From: Polyangia bacterium | GTDB taxonomy: Bacteria > Myxococcota_A > Polyangia > Nannocystales > Nannocystaceae | Direction: 5' to 3' | DNA: 64,000 nt | NCBI GenBank assembly: GCA_030424595.1 | Contig: JAUHWG010000011.1 | Span: forward strand, 1,130 to 65,129 | In this document: piece after piece, positions 1 through 11,573 of the stretch | How positions within the stretch are numbered: position 1 is the first letter of the stretch | Layout of the letters: each line of letters opens with the position of its first letter | Program-made: the position numbers and the translations under genes | The notes under the pieces: generated by a model | Told to the model about the DNA's origin: nothing | What the model saw: the letters and a program-made list of their open reading frames with translations, nothing else | Database searches by the model: none

Positions 1-184
1 CAGTGGCGGTGGCGGTGGCGGTAGCGGTGTCGGTGGCGGTGGTGGTCGCGGTGGTGCTGCTCGCTTCGGTGGCGCTTGTCGCCCCGTCGTCGCCGTTGCA
101 CCCCAGGAGCATCGCCGTGGCCAAGACAAGCGGTGTGACCAGCCGGTGGTCGCCGCTGTGAGCGTGTCGTAGTGTCATCCTCAT
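1..184 (-). CDS. Lipoprotein, N-terminal part only (the gene runs off the window start); Thr/Ala-rich linker
   Basis: Reverse-strand ATG near 184 gives MRMTLRHAHSGDHRLVTPLVLATAMLLGCNGDDGATSATEASSTTATTTATDTAT...; the LLGC lipobox plus the CNGDD start resembles the 59831..61330 lipoprotein (paralog). Confidence 0.45.
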   Translation of the reverse strand, partial: MRMTLRHAHSGDHRLVTPLVLATAMLLGCNGDDGATSATEASSTTATTTATDTATATATAT

Positions 185-416
185 CGTCTCCTCTACCCAT
201 CTGCGGCGGTGCCGCGAGGAGGATTGTAGCGATGCGGGGGACCCCGATGTCGCGATCCTCGGGGCCGGCGTGTTCGGTCGCGCAGCCTGCACGGTGATGG
301 TTGGACCCGCGCACGGGTGTTGGACCCAGCCTCCCCGGAGCCTCAGAGGGGGCATCTAGGGGGGTTGGCGGGTGATCGCTGGACGCTCCGGGGCGGGCCG
401 GTTAGCCTGGGTGCCT

Positions 417-1172
417 ATGGCGGTACAGGCAGACCAGGGTTTCGGGTGGTCGTTGCCGCTGCGTGGTCGCGCGCCCGACGAAATCGCCCGTGAGCTGAAC
501 GGAGTCTCTCGTCAGGTGGAAGGCCTCGTCGAGGTCTATTTTCCAGAGTCGGAGGGCTACGTGCGGGGCCGCGTCGACGCTGTGACGGCCTCGGCGCGCG
601 GCGGCTTCCCAGAGCTCCGGCTGAGCGTCGCCCGGGGCGACTTCCGGGCAGAGCTCGCGTTCGAGTGTCTCGGCCCACGAGAGCCCGGGGCGCCGGCGTG
701 GGTCCGCCTTTGCGGTCGCTCGGAGTCGCGGGCGCTGCTCCGCGCTCGCCACCACGGGCTCGCCGCCTCGGATCTCCTCCGCTGGGTGATGGGCGGGGTC
801 GGGATCCTCGGCTTTGCGGTGATGCTCTCGTTCCTCCTGGTGATCCCGCCACACTTCTCGGTCGAGACGCTCTTCGTGCTCGGCGGTCTGCTGATGGTCG
901 TGGTGGCGGTCCTGACAGTGGTCTCGGCCGTCTCGATCGGCGCCTGGCTCGGCGAACAGATCGCTACGGGCCTCGAGTCGCGGGCCCAACGGCAGGTGCA
1001 GGCCGACGAGGAGCTCCGCCAGGACTTCCTCCGCTGGCGCAGCTTGGCCCGGCAGATGATGGCGAAGCGAGGGCTCCTGGCCGGAGATCTGCGGCGTCAG
1101 CCCTTCCGCCATGATCGCGAGACCTGGACCCTCCCCGAGGGCGGGGCAGCCCTGGCGGCGACCGCCTCCTGA
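417..1172 (+). CDS. Hypothetical membrane protein (about 2 TM helices)
   Basis: ORF 372..1172 (GTG) with an internal ATG at 417; the hydrophobic stretch GVGILGFAVMLSFLLVIPP...LGGLLMVVVAVLTVVSAVSIGAWL looks protein-like. Confidence 0.4.
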   Translation: MAVQADQGFGWSLPLRGRAPDEIARELNGVSRQVEGLVEVYFPESEGYVRGRVDAVTASARGGFPELRLSVARGDFRAELAFECLGPREPGAPAWVRLCGRSESRALLRARHHGLAASDLLRWVMGGVGILGFAVMLSFLLVIPPHFSVETLFVLGGLLMVVVAVLTVVSAVSIGAWLGEQIATGLESRAQRQVQADEELRQDFLRWRSLARQMMAKRGLLAGDLRRQPFRHDRETWTLPEGGAALAATAS

Positions 1173-1255
1173 GCGCCCTCACTCGTCGGCTGTGTCCTGA
1201 GCGTCGTCGACCGTGCCGTCACCCGAGGGCCTCCGAGGGTCCTCTCGGCGGGCTC

Positions 1256-2008
1256 TCACTGCGGCGCCGGGGGGAGCGCGGCCGAGGCGATGATCCGCTT
1301 CCACAGCGGGGTCCAAACGTTCCAATCGTGGCCACCCTCGCGGGTGAAGGTGTGGTCGTCTGGGAGGAGGTCGCTGAGCAGGGCGTGGGCTTTGGCGCTG
1401 CGATCGTCGAGGCCGTAGCCGAGGTAGAGGGGCGGATGTCCAGGCGAGGAGACCCGGTCTTGGTAGCCCTTGAGCCACCGCCACAGCTCGTAGCTGTAGT
1501 TTCCCTCGGCGGCGTCCGGCTCCCAGTCGCGGACCCCGACCGCGCCGATCGGTCGAAGCGTGCGCCCCTTGCCGAGGTACGGCGCGAGGACGACGAGGCC
1601 GTCGATCAGCTCTCCGTGGTGTTGGCTGAAGAGGAGGGCCCCAAACCCGCCCATCGAGATGCCGACCAGCCAGATCTGGTCGTAGCCCTCGGCCCGCGCC
1701 GGGAGGATGACGTCCTCCCGCAGGCGATCGACGATGGTCCGGCCGAAGTAGTAGCTGGCGTGGGCGTCGACGGCGATCACGTCGATGTCGCCGCGGGCCT
1801 CGCTGAGCGCCCCGACGAAGCCGTTGTCGACGTATGCCGCCGGAGCATCCCCGGCGCCGGGGAGGAGCACCATGAGGGTGTTGGAGCGGCGCTGCTGCGT
1901 CGGGTGGCGCTCGACCTCCATGCTCCGATCCTTGGAGGCTGTGGCGCACGCCAGGGCCGCCGAGCCGACGAGAGCGGGGAGGAGGAGCGTCATCAGGCGC
2001 GTGAGCAT
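1256..2008 (-). CDS. Alpha/beta-hydrolase (esterase/lipase) lipoprotein
   Basis: Internal ATG of ORF 1256..2290; signal peptide MLTRLMTLLLPALVGSAALAC; GxSxG nucleophile elbow (LVGISMGG); the N-terminal ORF extension is Arg/Pro-rich junk. Confidence 0.7.
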   Translation of the reverse strand: MLTRLMTLLLPALVGSAALACATASKDRSMEVERHPTQQRRSNTLMVLLPGAGDAPAAYVDNGFVGALSEARGDIDVIAVDAHASYYFGRTIVDRLREDVILPARAEGYDQIWLVGISMGGFGALLFSQHHGELIDGLVVLAPYLGKGRTLRPIGAVGVRDWEPDAAEGNYSYELWRWLKGYQDRVSSPGHPPLYLGYGLDDRSAKAHALLSDLLPDDHTFTREGGHDWNVWTPLWKRIIASAALPPAPQ

Positions 2009-2249
2009 TCCAGGTGTCCCTAGCACGCGCAGGGGCCAGCGCCCGTAATCTCCTGCGAAGCTGGGCGAGCGGGGCGTTGCCCCTCCTCTGCGGCCTCTCT
2101 GCGCTGGCGCGACGATGGTCGACAGGGTCGCCTCGGGGTCGGGTCTGTCCGGCGACGCCCGCAGATCCAGAGGCGCATCGGGGGCGGGGGAGCTCGCGTT
2201 TTCGTTGAAGAGTCGCGGAGATCGTCTAGGGTCTCCGCGGGAACACACG

Positions 2250-3155
2250 ATGCGGATCTTCATCACTGGCGCGACCGGATTCATTGGCACTCACCTCTGC
2301 CGTCGGCTCGAAGCGGAGGGGCACACGGTCGTGGCCTGGGTCCGCTCGGTCGAGCGGGCGCAGAGCTCTCTGGGGGCTGCCCCGGAGCTGGTCGACGCGA
2401 GCGGAGGCGCAGCCGCGCTCGCGGCCGCGGTCGACGGCTCAGACGCGATCGTCAACCTCGCGGGCGAGCCTATTCTCGGCCGTTGGTCGGAGGAGCGCAA
2501 GCGACGGATGATCACATCGCGGGTCGACCTCACCCGCGAGATCGTCGCCGCGATCGAGGCCGCGATCGTCCGCCCCAAGGTCTTCATCTCGGGCTCCGCC
2601 GTCGGCTACTACGGTGCCCGCGAGGATGAGCGGCTGACGGAGGCGTCGGAGCCCGGCGAGGGGTTCCTCGCCGATCTCTGCGAGCGGTGGGAGGCGGCGG
2701 CGAGGCCTGCAGAGGGGCTCGGCGTTCGCCTCGCGATCCTCCGGACCGGGATCGTCCTCGGCAGCGATGGCGGAGCGCTCGAGGCGATGGTCAAGCCGGC
2801 GCGCTTCGGCCTCGGGGGGGCGCTCGGCTCCGGCGATCAATACACGCCGTGGATCCACATCGACGACCACGTCGAGCTCATGGTCACGATCCTCGGCGAT
2901 GAGCGCTACTCGGGGGTGTTCAACGGCACGGCGCCGGCCCCCGTGAGCAACGCCGAGCTCACCCGTGAGATCGGCGAGGTGCTCGGTCGGCCCACCTTCC
3001 TCCGGGTCCCGAGCTTCGCCCTCAAGGTCGCCTTGGGGGAGGCCTCGTCCGCGCTCCTGACCGGACAGCGCGCTCTCCCAGAGCAGGCGCTCAAGCTCGG
3101 CTTCCCCTTCCGCTATGAACAGGTGCGCGACGCCCTCGCGGATCTCCTAAGCTGA
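2250..3155 (+). CDS. TIGR01777/YfcH-type NAD-dependent epimerase/dehydratase family protein
   Basis: MRIFITGATGFIGTHL Rossmann motif at the start; C-terminal DUF1731-like tail; the ATG at 2250 is inside ORF 2115..3155. Confidence 0.8.
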   Translation: MRIFITGATGFIGTHLCRRLEAEGHTVVAWVRSVERAQSSLGAAPELVDASGGAAALAAAVDGSDAIVNLAGEPILGRWSEERKRRMITSRVDLTREIVAAIEAAIVRPKVFISGSAVGYYGAREDERLTEASEPGEGFLADLCERWEAAARPAEGLGVRLAILRTGIVLGSDGGALEAMVKPARFGLGGALGSGDQYTPWIHIDDHVELMVTILGDERYSGVFNGTAPAPVSNAELTREIGEVLGRPTFLRVPSFALKVALGEASSALLTGQRALPEQALKLGFPFRYEQVRDALADLLS

Positions 3156-3188
3156 GACGCCGCGGCGTCTCGCTGGTATCCTCGCGAC

Positions 3189-3503
3189 GTGTCCGAGGAG
3201 CCAGAGCAGCGGGCGACCCTGCCGGAGGCGCGGGGCTCGGGGCTCGGCGTCGCCGGGATGCGCCTCTTTGGGCAGCTGTTGCTGGTCGTCGTCTGCGCGG
3301 CGAGCGGGTTTGTCGGCCTCGTCGCGGTCGGCCCGCTCGCGGGGATCGGCGGGGCGGTAGGGGGAGGCCTCCTCTACGCGAAGCTCGGTCCCCGCCCCAT
3401 GCCAGGGCTGCTCCCAGGCCTGTTGGCGATGGTGGTCGTGGTGTCCGCGGGGGGGGCGTTCGTCGCCTCGATCGCCGGGCTTGCCGGAGAACTCGCGGGA
3501 TAG
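3189..3503 (+). CDS. Small hydrophobic membrane protein (hypothetical)
   Basis: 104 aa, Gly/Ala/Val-rich TM segments; weak evidence only. Confidence 0.3.
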   Translation: MSEEPEQRATLPEARGSGLGVAGMRLFGQLLLVVVCAASGFVGLVAVGPLAGIGGAVGGGLLYAKLGPRPMPGLLPGLLAMVVVVSAGGAFVASIAGLAGELAG

Positions 3504-3515
3504 CGGGAGAGGCCG

Positions 3516-4397
3516 TCAGCGGTGTCCATCGTCGCGCGGAGCGACCGTCCCTCGCGGCGCGGAGGTGAGCGCCTGCGTGGATCCTAGCCCGGACGCGTCC
3601 GGCGAGCGGAGGGCGCGATCGTCAGCCTGCGGCAGGCGGCGGACTCTGAGCGGGTGCAGGAGCTGCGCGAGGTAGCCGCGAGGCCAGGGCTCGGTCAGGC
3701 CGAGCGGGTAGTTCTCTGGGCCTTGCGGGCAGTGATAGGTGCCGAAGAGCAGGTCCACCCAGGGGCCGAGGTTGGCGAAATTATGCCGCGTGACCACCCG
3801 CGCGTGATGCCAATGGTGGAGCTCCGGAGCGCCAAAGATCACCCGCAGCGGCCCCAAGGGCAGGCGGACGTTGGAGTGGATAAAGATCGCCCAGAGGCCG
3901 CGGAAGACGACGAGACCGCCGACGGCGGCGAAGGGGAGGCCGAGCATGATCGCCGGCAGGTTGATGACGAGCTGGGTGAGGATCCCGTCCGCGGGGTGCT
4001 CTCGGTGGGCGGCGAGCCAGTCGAGGTGCTCGGTCGAGTGATGAACGGCGTGAAAGCGCCAGAGGAGCGGGTAGACGTGGCAGGCGCGGTGGAACCAGTA
4101 GACGAGCACATCCCCGAGGGCGATCGCGACGAGACCTCGGACCCACAGGGGAGCGGCGGCCGAGGTCTCGAGGAGCACGCGCGGGAGGAGCGGCTCGATC
4201 GTGTCGACGAAGGCGCTGAGAACGACGACGGCGATCCCTGCGAAGAGGAGGTACTGGCCGAGGAAGAACCACAGATCGATCCGCAGCTCCGGGCGGAGGA
4301 TCGGTTGGCCAGGTCGGGCCGGGAAGGCGCGCTCTAGGGGCCCGAAGAGGAGGGCGAGGATCGCCAACGAGAGGGCGGTGGAGGTCAGCAGCTCCAT
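3516..4397 (-). CDS. Fatty acid hydroxylase / sterol desaturase superfamily membrane oxygenase
   Basis: Three His boxes (HRACH, HAVHH, HHWHH) in a polytopic membrane protein; the real start is an ATG at 4397 (MELLTSTALSLAILALLFG); the 450-nt upstream ORF extension is Pro/Arg junk and overlaps another gene in a different frame. Confidence 0.8.
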   Translation of the reverse strand: MELLTSTALSLAILALLFGPLERAFPARPGQPILRPELRIDLWFFLGQYLLFAGIAVVVLSAFVDTIEPLLPRVLLETSAAAPLWVRGLVAIALGDVLVYWFHRACHVYPLLWRFHAVHHSTEHLDWLAAHREHPADGILTQLVINLPAIMLGLPFAAVGGLVVFRGLWAIFIHSNVRLPLGPLRVIFGAPELHHWHHARVVTRHNFANLGPWVDLLFGTYHCPQGPENYPLGLTEPWPRGYLAQLLHPLRVRRLPQADDRALRSPDASGLGSTQALTSAPRGTVAPRDDGHR

Positions 4398-4404
4398 CGT
4401 CGCC

Positions 4405-4962
4405 TCAACGATGGCCGGCGCTCTTCGGGGGAGGCGCCTGCTGGGCCTGCTGGGCCTGCGGCGGCGGAGAGTCATCTGCGGGGGCGAGGAGCTGCGGCTC
4501 GACGAGCGGAGCCATCGCCTTGCTGGCTGGGAAGAAGCGCGGCTTGTCGGGGGCGGGCGGCTTGTCGGGGGCGGGCGCCTTGTTGACGGAGTTGCCGGAG
4601 TTGCCGGAGTTGCCGGAGTTGCCGGAGTTGCCGGAGTTTTCAGTGTTCGTCGGGTCTTCGGCGTCGCCGAGGCCGGCTCCCGGGGGCTCGGGGGCTGCGT
4701 TGGCAGCGGGCTCGAGCGCCTCGGGTGGGTCGGTCGGAGCTGCGGGGCCTGACTGCGGAGCTGACTGCGGAGCCGCCTCGGCCGGCGCTGCGTCGCTCGT
4801 CGGCGCTTGGGTCGTCGGATCCTCAGCGCTCGAGCTGCATCCAGGAACACCTGCCTGAAAGACCAGGAAGCTCGCGATCCCGAGTGAGAGCGCCAGAGCG
4901 GGCAGGCGGAGGATGAGCGGCGTGGGGGGCGGCCCTGGCGTAGGCGACGACATCGCCTCCAT
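4405..4962 (-). CDS. Secreted lipoprotein with low-complexity repeats (NSG x5, PAPDKP x2)
   Basis: Signal + lipobox LALSLGIASFLVFQAGVPGC; sits directly upstream of the hydroxylase gene with an 8-nt gap; encoded by the 9-bp and 18-bp tandem DNA repeats. Confidence 0.55.
   Translation of the reverse strand: MEAMSSPTPGPPPTPLILRLPALALSLGIASFLVFQAGVPGCSSSAEDPTTQAPTSDAAPAEAAPQSAPQSGPAAPTDPPEALEPAANAAPEPPGAGLGDAEDPTNTENSGNSGNSGNSGNSGNSVNKAPAPDKPPAPDKPRFFPASKAMAPLVEPQLLAPADDSPPPQAQQAQQAPPPKSAGHR
4541..4637. repeat. Intragenic tandem repeats: (cttgtcgggggcgggcgg)x2 and (gttgccgga)x5
   Basis: Seen directly in the sequence; they encode PAPDKP and NSG repeats of the lipoprotein (minus strand). Confidence 0.8.
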
Positions 4963-5278
4963 GGTAGCGAGCGGGGGAGGGGACGTCTCGATCGCGGCTG
5001 CGTCGTGCTCTCGGGCGGCGAGCCGCGACGGCTCCGGGACCGAGGGGCGCGGTTCGTCGCGGGGGGTCGCGGGTGGTCGCGTGTCGTGCGACGGTCACGC
5101 GCTCATCGGCTCGGCCGACGCCTAGTGCGTCAGTGTTGCGGAGCGCCAGCGCGGGGCTCTGGGTCGAGAGACGTCGGGCTGGCCGCGCGGGCGCGCGGGA
5201 GCTCGATCGTTGGCCGATGGCGCGACCGTGCGCATTCGACGACGGCTCTCACCCCCGCGTGTTATAAGGCCGTCCTTG

Positions 5279-5674
5279 ATGGAGGCGCGAACGCATCTTG
5301 GCATTGACGCCCGCCTGTGCGGGACCCCGATCGACCTGGCGGAGGGGCGTGCGGACGTCCGCTGGCGCGCCCAGCCGGAGATGGCCGCGGACGCGCAGGG
5401 CCTGGTCCACGGCGGGTTCGTCTTCGGCCTCGCCGACTACGCGGGCATGCTCGCGATAAACCACCCCAACGTGGTCATCGGCGCGGCGGAGCTCCGCTTC
5501 CTCAGGCCGGTCGTGGTCGGCGATGAGCTGGTCGCCCGCGCCCGACACACCGAGGATCGCGGCAAGAAGAAGATCGTCGAGGTCGAGGTCTGCCGAGGTG
5601 AGCACGCTGTGCTCAAGGGCGTCCTGACCTGCTTTGTTCCCGACAACCATGTGCTCGCGCAGGTCGCGGGCTGA
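5279..5674 (+). CDS. Hotdog-fold thioesterase (PaaI/YbgC-like)
   Basis: HGGFVFGLADYAG hotdog motif; ATG at 5279 inside ORF 5210..5674. Confidence 0.75.
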   Translation: MEARTHLGIDARLCGTPIDLAEGRADVRWRAQPEMAADAQGLVHGGFVFGLADYAGMLAINHPNVVIGAAELRFLRPVVVGDELVARARHTEDRGKKKIVEVEVCRGEHAVLKGVLTCFVPDNHVLAQVAG

Positions 5675-5703
5675 ACGATTGACCGAGTCACGAGGAGTTT
5701 CGT

Positions 5704-7437
<1,734 letters not shown>

Positions 7438-7583
7438 GCGGAGCGGCGGGTTCACACCCGGCGCTCGGCCGCGGAGGCGGACCCGCTGGCCGGCCAGGGT
7501 TCGCGCAGAGCGGGCAAAGCCGGCCGTTCGCCGGTGATATGAGCGATGGCCGCGGGGGGGGTGGGGGCGATACCATCGCTGCG

Positions 7584-8558
7584 ATGCGGTGCGGTCTCAT
7601 GTGTGCCCTGCTGGCGGTGGTCTGGTCGGGCTGCTCCATGCCGAACCCCGCGTGGACGGCCTCGGACAGCGGTCCAGGTCCGTCTACGTCGCTCCCGGAG
7701 ACCGAGTCGGTCGGCAACACCACGGTGTCGGAGACGACGACCGAGGAGCCGACCACGGCGACCACAGATCCGACCGTGACCGAGCCGACCACGGGCACGG
7801 TGACCAGCGATCCGAGCACGTCGACGACGAGCTCGACGAGCACGTCGACGACAGGCACATCGTCGACGAGCACGACCACCGGAGGGGTCGTGTGCAAGGC
7901 CGACGACAGCTTGGCGCTTCAGCTGGAGTTCGAGACATCGTTCGGCCCTGTGCCCTTCTCCCTGCCGACGTTCCCGACCTGCGAGGGCCCGCGCTTCTTG
8001 ATCGGGACGATGGAGATCAACGATGGGCTCAAGGTCTCCGGCGACGGGATGTGCGTCGGCGGCGAGCTGGACTCGTGGGTCAAGATCACCGGGAACTATC
8101 CCGAGCTGGGGGGACCCCCTCTGGCCCAGGGGGCATGTGGGAGGGTCTATCTCCACTTTCGCCCCGACAGCGAGACCGAGACCTGTCGTCTCGCCGCCTT
8201 CCAGATCTTCCAGGAGCCGAACCTAAAGAGCGGCACACCACCGCTCTACGCCGCCGGATCAGGGGGCCTCGCCCTCGGACCGATTCCGTTTGGGCAGATG
8301 TCGGAGCTCAAGGACTACACGCCGACCGCGATCCAATCGGACTGCGTCGCAGATCCTGCGTTTTGCGAAGAGCCAGAGGGGACCGCGACGCTCCTCTGGT
8401 CCCAGCTTGCCCCCCCCGGAGAGGTCGCCGAGTCGGCTGACCCTCAGGACTGCGGCGAAGGCTACTCTTGCTACAACCTCCGCGCGCATCGGCACGGCGA
8501 CGAAGGTGAGCTGAGCTGCGTCTCTCACCTCGACTGGATCATCAAGAAGAAGCAGTGA
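7584..8558 (+). CDS. Lipoprotein with Thr/Ser-rich linker and Cys-containing C-terminal domain (hypothetical)
   Basis: MRCGLMCALLAVVWSGC lipobox; Thr/Ser tract; the ORF track starts at 7191 but its first 130 codons overlap the TPP-enzyme gene out of frame. Confidence 0.6.
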   Translation: MRCGLMCALLAVVWSGCSMPNPAWTASDSGPGPSTSLPETESVGNTTVSETTTEEPTTATTDPTVTEPTTGTVTSDPSTSTTSSTSTSTTGTSSTSTTTGGVVCKADDSLALQLEFETSFGPVPFSLPTFPTCEGPRFLIGTMEINDGLKVSGDGMCVGGELDSWVKITGNYPELGGPPLAQGACGRVYLHFRPDSETETCRLAAFQIFQEPNLKSGTPPLYAAGSGGLALGPIPFGQMSELKDYTPTAIQSDCVADPAFCEEPEGTATLLWSQLAPPGEVAESADPQDCGEGYSCYNLRAHRHGDEGELSCVSHLDWIIKKKQ

Positions 8559-8626
8559 CATCAGGGATCCCGCGAAGGCGGGACATCGGGGCACGGCAGC
8601 CCCGCGAAGGACCAAGGACAAGGCCC

Positions 8627-11242
8627 ATGAACACCGTACGACTCCGCCCCTCACGATGGCTCCGGGTGGGCCGTCTCGCCTCGCTCCTCGTGACCAGCGT
8701 GTGCCTCGGCTGCAGCGGCGGGATCGGGGTCGCCGGATCGGCGACGGCCGGCGAGACCGGCGACAAGGAGTGGGAGGACGACGAGGTGTTCCCCGGCCTC
8801 TCCGGCGAGGTCGAGATCCAGATCGACGACGTCGGCATGCCCCACATCTACGGCGTCAACGACTACGACGTGATGTACGCCGCCGGCTACCAGACGGCGA
8901 CCGACCGGCTCTTCCAGCTCGATCTGATGCGGCGGCGGGCCCTCGGCCAGCGGGCTGAGGTGCTCGGCGAAGAGCGCCTCGCCGACGATGAGCTGGCGCG
9001 GCTGATGGACTTTCGCCGCTGGGGGGCAGAGGACGCGGCGCGGATGCGCAGCGACAACCCTGAGGAGTACCGCTTCTTCGTCGCTTGGGTCGCCGGGGTC
9101 AACCGACGGATCGCCGAGATCGAGGGCGGAGAGGCGCCGCTGCCCTACGGTTTCGGCCCGGGGGAGCTCGACTACGCGCCTACGCCCTGGACCAACGATG
9201 ATCCCTTCGTCGTCGCGAAGCTGATCACCTTCGGCAATTCGAACTCCCTGGAGAACGAGCTCTTGGCGACGGTGGTCCGCCGCCTCTCGCCGGAGGTCCT
9301 AGAGGCGATCGACCTGCCGAAGCCGGCCTTCCCGACCTGGACCGTCCCCGCCGAGGATCGCCCCGCGCCGAGCGTAGAGCCGCCTGCGCCGAAGGGGAAG
9401 ACCTCGGTGGCGGAGCCCGTCGTCCTGCCGGATGGGGCGTTGGAGCGGGCGCCGGAGTCGCTTCGGCGCTTTCGCGGGATGATGGCCGGGGTCCACGTGC
9501 TCGGCTCCAACAACTGGGCGGTCGACGGTCGCTTCACCGCCAACGGCCGGCCGCTCATCTGCAACGACCCGCATCAGCCCTTGGACAGCCCCTCGGTGAT
9601 GTACGCGCTGCACCTGAACGCGGCCGACGCGGGCGGCAAGCTCGACGCTATCGGCTTCGGCTTTGTCGGCGCCCCGGGGATCCAGCTCGGCCACAACCGG
9701 CAGGTCCAGTGGGCGGCGACGACCGGCTTTGCCGACGTGATGGACATCTGGAGCGTCAGCCTCTCGGAGGACGAGAGCTCGGCGAACGTCGGCGGCGAGT
9801 CGGTCGCGATCGTCCCGCGTCAGGAGGTCATCAAGGTCAAGGGCCAGGCCGATCGGGTGATGGACATCCGCGAGGTCCCCGGCTACGGGCTGCTCCTGGA
9901 GGACTACCTGCTGGAGGAGGTGCTCCTGGTGGACGCGGGCCGCAAGGCGCTCTTCAACTGGACCGGCTTCCGGGCGACCAACGAGGCGCTCGCCTTCACC
10001 CGGATGATGCTCGCCGAGAGCGTCAGCGACTACGAGGCGGCGGTCGACACGATGGAGGTCGGCACCTTCAATTTTGTCTCCGCGGACGCGAACGACATCT
10101 CCTACCGGGTCCACGTGCTGATCCCGGACCGCGGCGACCCGAGCGCGCGGAAGATGCCCTTCGAGGTGATCGACGGCGACGACGTCGGCTCCTATTGGAC
10201 CGGGGCGATGCTGCCGCGGGAGAAGATGCCCGCCTCACGGGCGCCCGAGACCGGCTTTGTCGTCACCGCCAACAACGACCCCTGGGGCTTCACCGGCGAC
10301 GGCGATCTCAGCAACGACCCCTGGTACTACGGCACGTACTACGCGGCGGGCTTCCGGGCGAAGCGGATCGAGGACGAGCTGCGGGCCCTGACGGCGGCCG
10401 GCGGGGTCGACGTGGCGGCGATGCAGAAGCTCCAGACCGACGTCCACTCGACCCTCGCCGACGTGATGATCCCGCGGCTCGAGGAGGCCTACGCGAAGAT
10501 CGACAGCGACGACACGCTCGCTGAGTTCCGCGAGCGCCCCCAGCTCGACACGCTCGCTCAGCTGATCACCCAGGGCTGGGATCGAGGGATGCGGCGCGAC
10601 TCCCCGGGGGCGCTCGCGTTCCACGTCTTCGCCCACCTCGCCACCGAGGAGGCGCTCGCGGACGATCTGACGCTGGTCTATGAGCAGATCCTCGAGGCGG
10701 CGCCGCCCTACCTCCTCAAGTTTGGGATGCTCGCCTACACCGGCCAGTACACCGACGGTGACGCGGTGTTGAACGGCGGCGCCGACAAGCTGCTCCTGCG
10801 GGCGCTCGATCGGACGGCGGCCTGGCTCGTCGCCGAGTTCGGCAGCGTCGAGCCCAGCGCCTATACCTGGGGGGATCGTCACGGGACCCACTTCCGAAGC
10901 CCCTACGGCGGTGAGCTCGACGGTGGTTGGCACCCCTCCGACGGGGGAGAGGACACGGTCAACGTCTCATCGTCGGTCTTCCACGACGGCGACGCTGCGA
11001 TCGCCGAGCGCTTCGACTCGCACGACGGGCCGGTCTTCCGGGTCGTCACGGAGTTCGCCGAGGACGGGACGCCGGTCTCCTACATGAACTTCCCGCGAGG
11101 CAACAGCGGCGAGCCGTCGAGCGACCACTGGGGCGACACGCTCGCGGACTGGCTCGCGGGCGTCTACCGCAAGGTGCCCTACAGCCGCGAGGACGTGGAC
11201 GCGGCGACCGAGTCGACGATCACCTTGAGCCCGGAGGACTAG
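8627..11242 (+). CDS. Penicillin amidase / Ntn-hydrolase S45 family acylase (possible AHL or lipopeptide acylase), lipoprotein
   Basis: ATG at 8627 with an upstream AAGGA; signal LASLLVTSVCLGC; the GSNNWAV beta-subunit N-terminal nucleophile motif. Confidence 0.85.
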   Translation: MNTVRLRPSRWLRVGRLASLLVTSVCLGCSGGIGVAGSATAGETGDKEWEDDEVFPGLSGEVEIQIDDVGMPHIYGVNDYDVMYAAGYQTATDRLFQLDLMRRRALGQRAEVLGEERLADDELARLMDFRRWGAEDAARMRSDNPEEYRFFVAWVAGVNRRIAEIEGGEAPLPYGFGPGELDYAPTPWTNDDPFVVAKLITFGNSNSLENELLATVVRRLSPEVLEAIDLPKPAFPTWTVPAEDRPAPSVEPPAPKGKTSVAEPVVLPDGALERAPESLRRFRGMMAGVHVLGSNNWAVDGRFTANGRPLICNDPHQPLDSPSVMYALHLNAADAGGKLDAIGFGFVGAPGIQLGHNRQVQWAATTGFADVMDIWSVSLSEDESSANVGGESVAIVPRQEVIKVKGQADRVMDIREVPGYGLLLEDYLLEEVLLVDAGRKALFNWTGFRATNEALAFTRMMLAESVSDYEAAVDTMEVGTFNFVSADANDISYRVHVLIPDRGDPSARKMPFEVIDGDDVGSYWTGAMLPREKMPASRAPETGFVVTANNDPWGFTGDGDLSNDPWYYGTYYAAGFRAKRIEDELRALTAAGGVDVAAMQKLQTDVHSTLADVMIPRLEEAYAKIDSDDTLAEFRERPQLDTLAQLITQGWDRGMRRDSPGALAFHVFAHLATEEALADDLTLVYEQILEAAPPYLLKFGMLAYTGQYTDGDAVLNGGADKLLLRALDRTAAWLVAEFGSVEPSAYTWGDRHGTHFRSPYGGELDGGWHPSDGGEDTVNVSSSVFHDGDAAIAERFDSHDGPVFRVVTEFAEDGTPVSYMNFPRGNSGEPSSDHWGDTLADWLAGVYRKVPYSREDVDAATESTITLSPED

Positions 11243-11418
11243 CCCTGAAATAAGCGCTGGCGTGAGGTGCCCTCACAAGCCCGCGTAGAACCCTCGCCAA
11301 GCACGAGGTGAGCGCTCACCCACACGGATGCAGGCGAAGCGCAAAACCCGTGTCACTGACGGTTCTACGAGGGTTGTCGAGGAAGCCTCACCGCAGCGCC
11401 TACTTCAGGACTAGCAGC

Positions 11419-11573
11419 GTGGCAATGTCCCGCGCGCTCTCCAGCCCTCGTCGTCCCGCTCGACCCGGCCAAAACGCGCACTACGACCCGGTGCAGCGGC
11501 GTACTGTCCAGGCCAAGCGGGCCGACGACTGCGGCGCGAGAGCACAGAGGACTCTCACCTCGGGCTGCTGCTA
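11419..11573 (+). repeat. Copy C of the GC-rich hairpin repeat family (about 155 bp)
   Basis: Shares the 5-prime motif gtggcaa.gtcccgcgcgctc and the 3-prime core gccgac.a.tgcggcgcgagagcaca with copies at 19561, 28150, 39358, 55590 and 56893; sits between convergent genes. Confidence 0.6.

Noticed and set aside
3516-4850. 150-codon N-terminal extension of the fatty-acid hydroxylase ORF
   Set aside because: Pro/Arg/Thr low-complexity; a better ATG at 4397 with a TM start; the region is occupied in another frame by a bona fide lipoprotein gene (4405-4962).
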